64,000 nucleotides of DNA from assembly GCA_002269645.1 (NCBI GenBank), contig NIVC01000954.1:115884-179883 (forward strand). Reading direction: 5' to 3'. Positions 63,001-64,000 of this stretch are shown piece by piece. Position numbers and translations under genes: made by a program. Source of the DNA: Macrostomum lignano (taxonomy: Eukaryota). A model generated the notes under the pieces. The model did not search any database. It saw nothing but the letters and a program-made list of their open reading frames with translations, and was not told the DNA's origin. How positions within the stretch are numbered: the first letter of the stretch is position 1; each line of letters opens with the position of its first letter.

Positions 63001-64000
63001 GGTCGCTGACATGCCGATAAACAGTGTTGAATCGCTTAATGTTCGGCAGCGAGAAATGTACAACCTAATTGAAAGTCATTTGCAGCTTTCAAGACTAGCC
63101 GAAGAAAACCAAGGCGAAAAGCCGGAGCCTCTCAAAGCAATTTTGTATGGTAGCGCTGGAACTGGAAAAAGCTACTTGATTTCTACATTGCGTCGGTTGA
63201 TTGGAGAATCAAGATGCAGAATTATGGCATCAACAGGCGTAGCCGCTTTCAATATTGCAGGCGAAACTTTGCACTCGGCTTTGAAATTGAATGTAAATTT
63301 TAGTGCTGGTGTTGGCAAGAAATCCCTAATGGAGATGCAAGAGCAGTGGAAAGATGTGCGCTACATTTTATTGACGAATTTAGCATGCTTGGCCAAAGGT
63401 TACTCCGTAAGGTGGATGCTCGTTTGCGCGAATTGTTTCCAGAACACAGTAAACAGAGTTTTGGTGGTCGATCTGTAATCCTAATTGGCGAGCGTGTTTC
63501 AATTGCCTCCAGTTTTGGACACGCAACTGTACGTTTACAATCCAAATCAAAAGAAGCACGATATATTGAAATCTGAAGGCTATAAATTGTACATGGAGTT
63601 CAAAAAGGTTGTGCATCTGACAGAACAAGTCCGACAAGCAAACGATACGGAATTCGCCCAGTGTTGGATAAACTTCGCGAAGGCAAGGCCGACGAAGCCT
63701 GCTGGAATTCGTTGATGAACAATTGTCGCGTCTATGCTCCCGACCTTTTGCCTGAAGGTTTCCAAAGCGGTGTGTACATTTTTATATCACACTAACGAGG
63801 ATGTGAGAAATCGCAACTACATGCTATTGGGAAAGATGGTTTCCGAATTGAATCCTGTGCGGCAAATTAACGCAATTTGTAAAGGAGACGAAGCAAAATT
63901 GTGTGGCAAAAAGAAGGAACATAAAAAATCGGATACGAATCTGGAGAAGCGACTCTATTTTGTATTGGTGCTCGAAGTAATGCCTAACTAGAAATCTGTC
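57077..64000 (+). CDS. Helentron-type RepHel: AT-hook-like motif, OTU protease, basic S/R region, Zn finger, HUH Rep, Pif1-family helicase (frameshifted 3' part)
   Basis: Exons 57077-57155, 57933-58304 and 58490 onward join in phase; motifs KKCGRPKKK, RGDGNCFFTAI/SQHYE, CYVC..CDRC, FFVTLSAADVHWPEL, EYQSRGSPHVH, GSAGTGKS, IDEFSM, FQLPPV; apparent 1-bp indels from ~61915 onward. Confidence 0.9.
57475..57655 (+). repeat. Intronic ~14-15 bp minisatellite ACTGAATAGTTTCG
   Basis: Tandem imperfect units inside intron 57156-57932. Confidence 0.8.

Larger units (their letters stand above)
53458..64000 (+). mobile_element. Helentron/Helitron2-type element B (3' end outside window)
   Basis: TT followed by a long terminal hairpin (53471-53543), then a Helentron-type RepHel gene; linking the hairpin to the gene is inference. 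Confidence 0.6.

Overview
Repeat-dominated animal genomic DNA with spliceosomal introns and TTAGGG-like tracts; no intact conventional host gene is evident. About 43 kb (4185-47162) is a nested assembly of non-autonomous rolling-circle (Helitron) elements joined head-to-tail at hairpin-CTAG|TC junctions. They share a ~500-bp 5' module, usually followed by a tRNA-derived A/B-box cassette, but each carries different minisatellites and 3' ends. Three transposase genes are present. (1) An intron-containing Helitron1-type RepHel with STPR repeats and an OTU protease (7928-14470), disabled by two stops and a frameshift. (2) An apparently intact 4-exon hAT transposon with TIRs and a perfect 8-bp TSD (28464-32985). 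(3) A Helentron/Helitron2-type RepHel (57077 to beyond 64000) whose N-terminus combines an AT-hook-like motif, an OTU domain and HMGN-like RRSxRL motifs. Other items: a spliced RGG + CCHC-knuckle + (GYTQGSG)n gene fragment, a 675-bp inverted duplication, a structured ~120-nt repeat flanking a coiled-coil ORF, and two small TIR elements with 8-bp TSDs. All identifications come from motif recognition by eye; no database searches were run, and boundaries of degenerate repeats are approximate.
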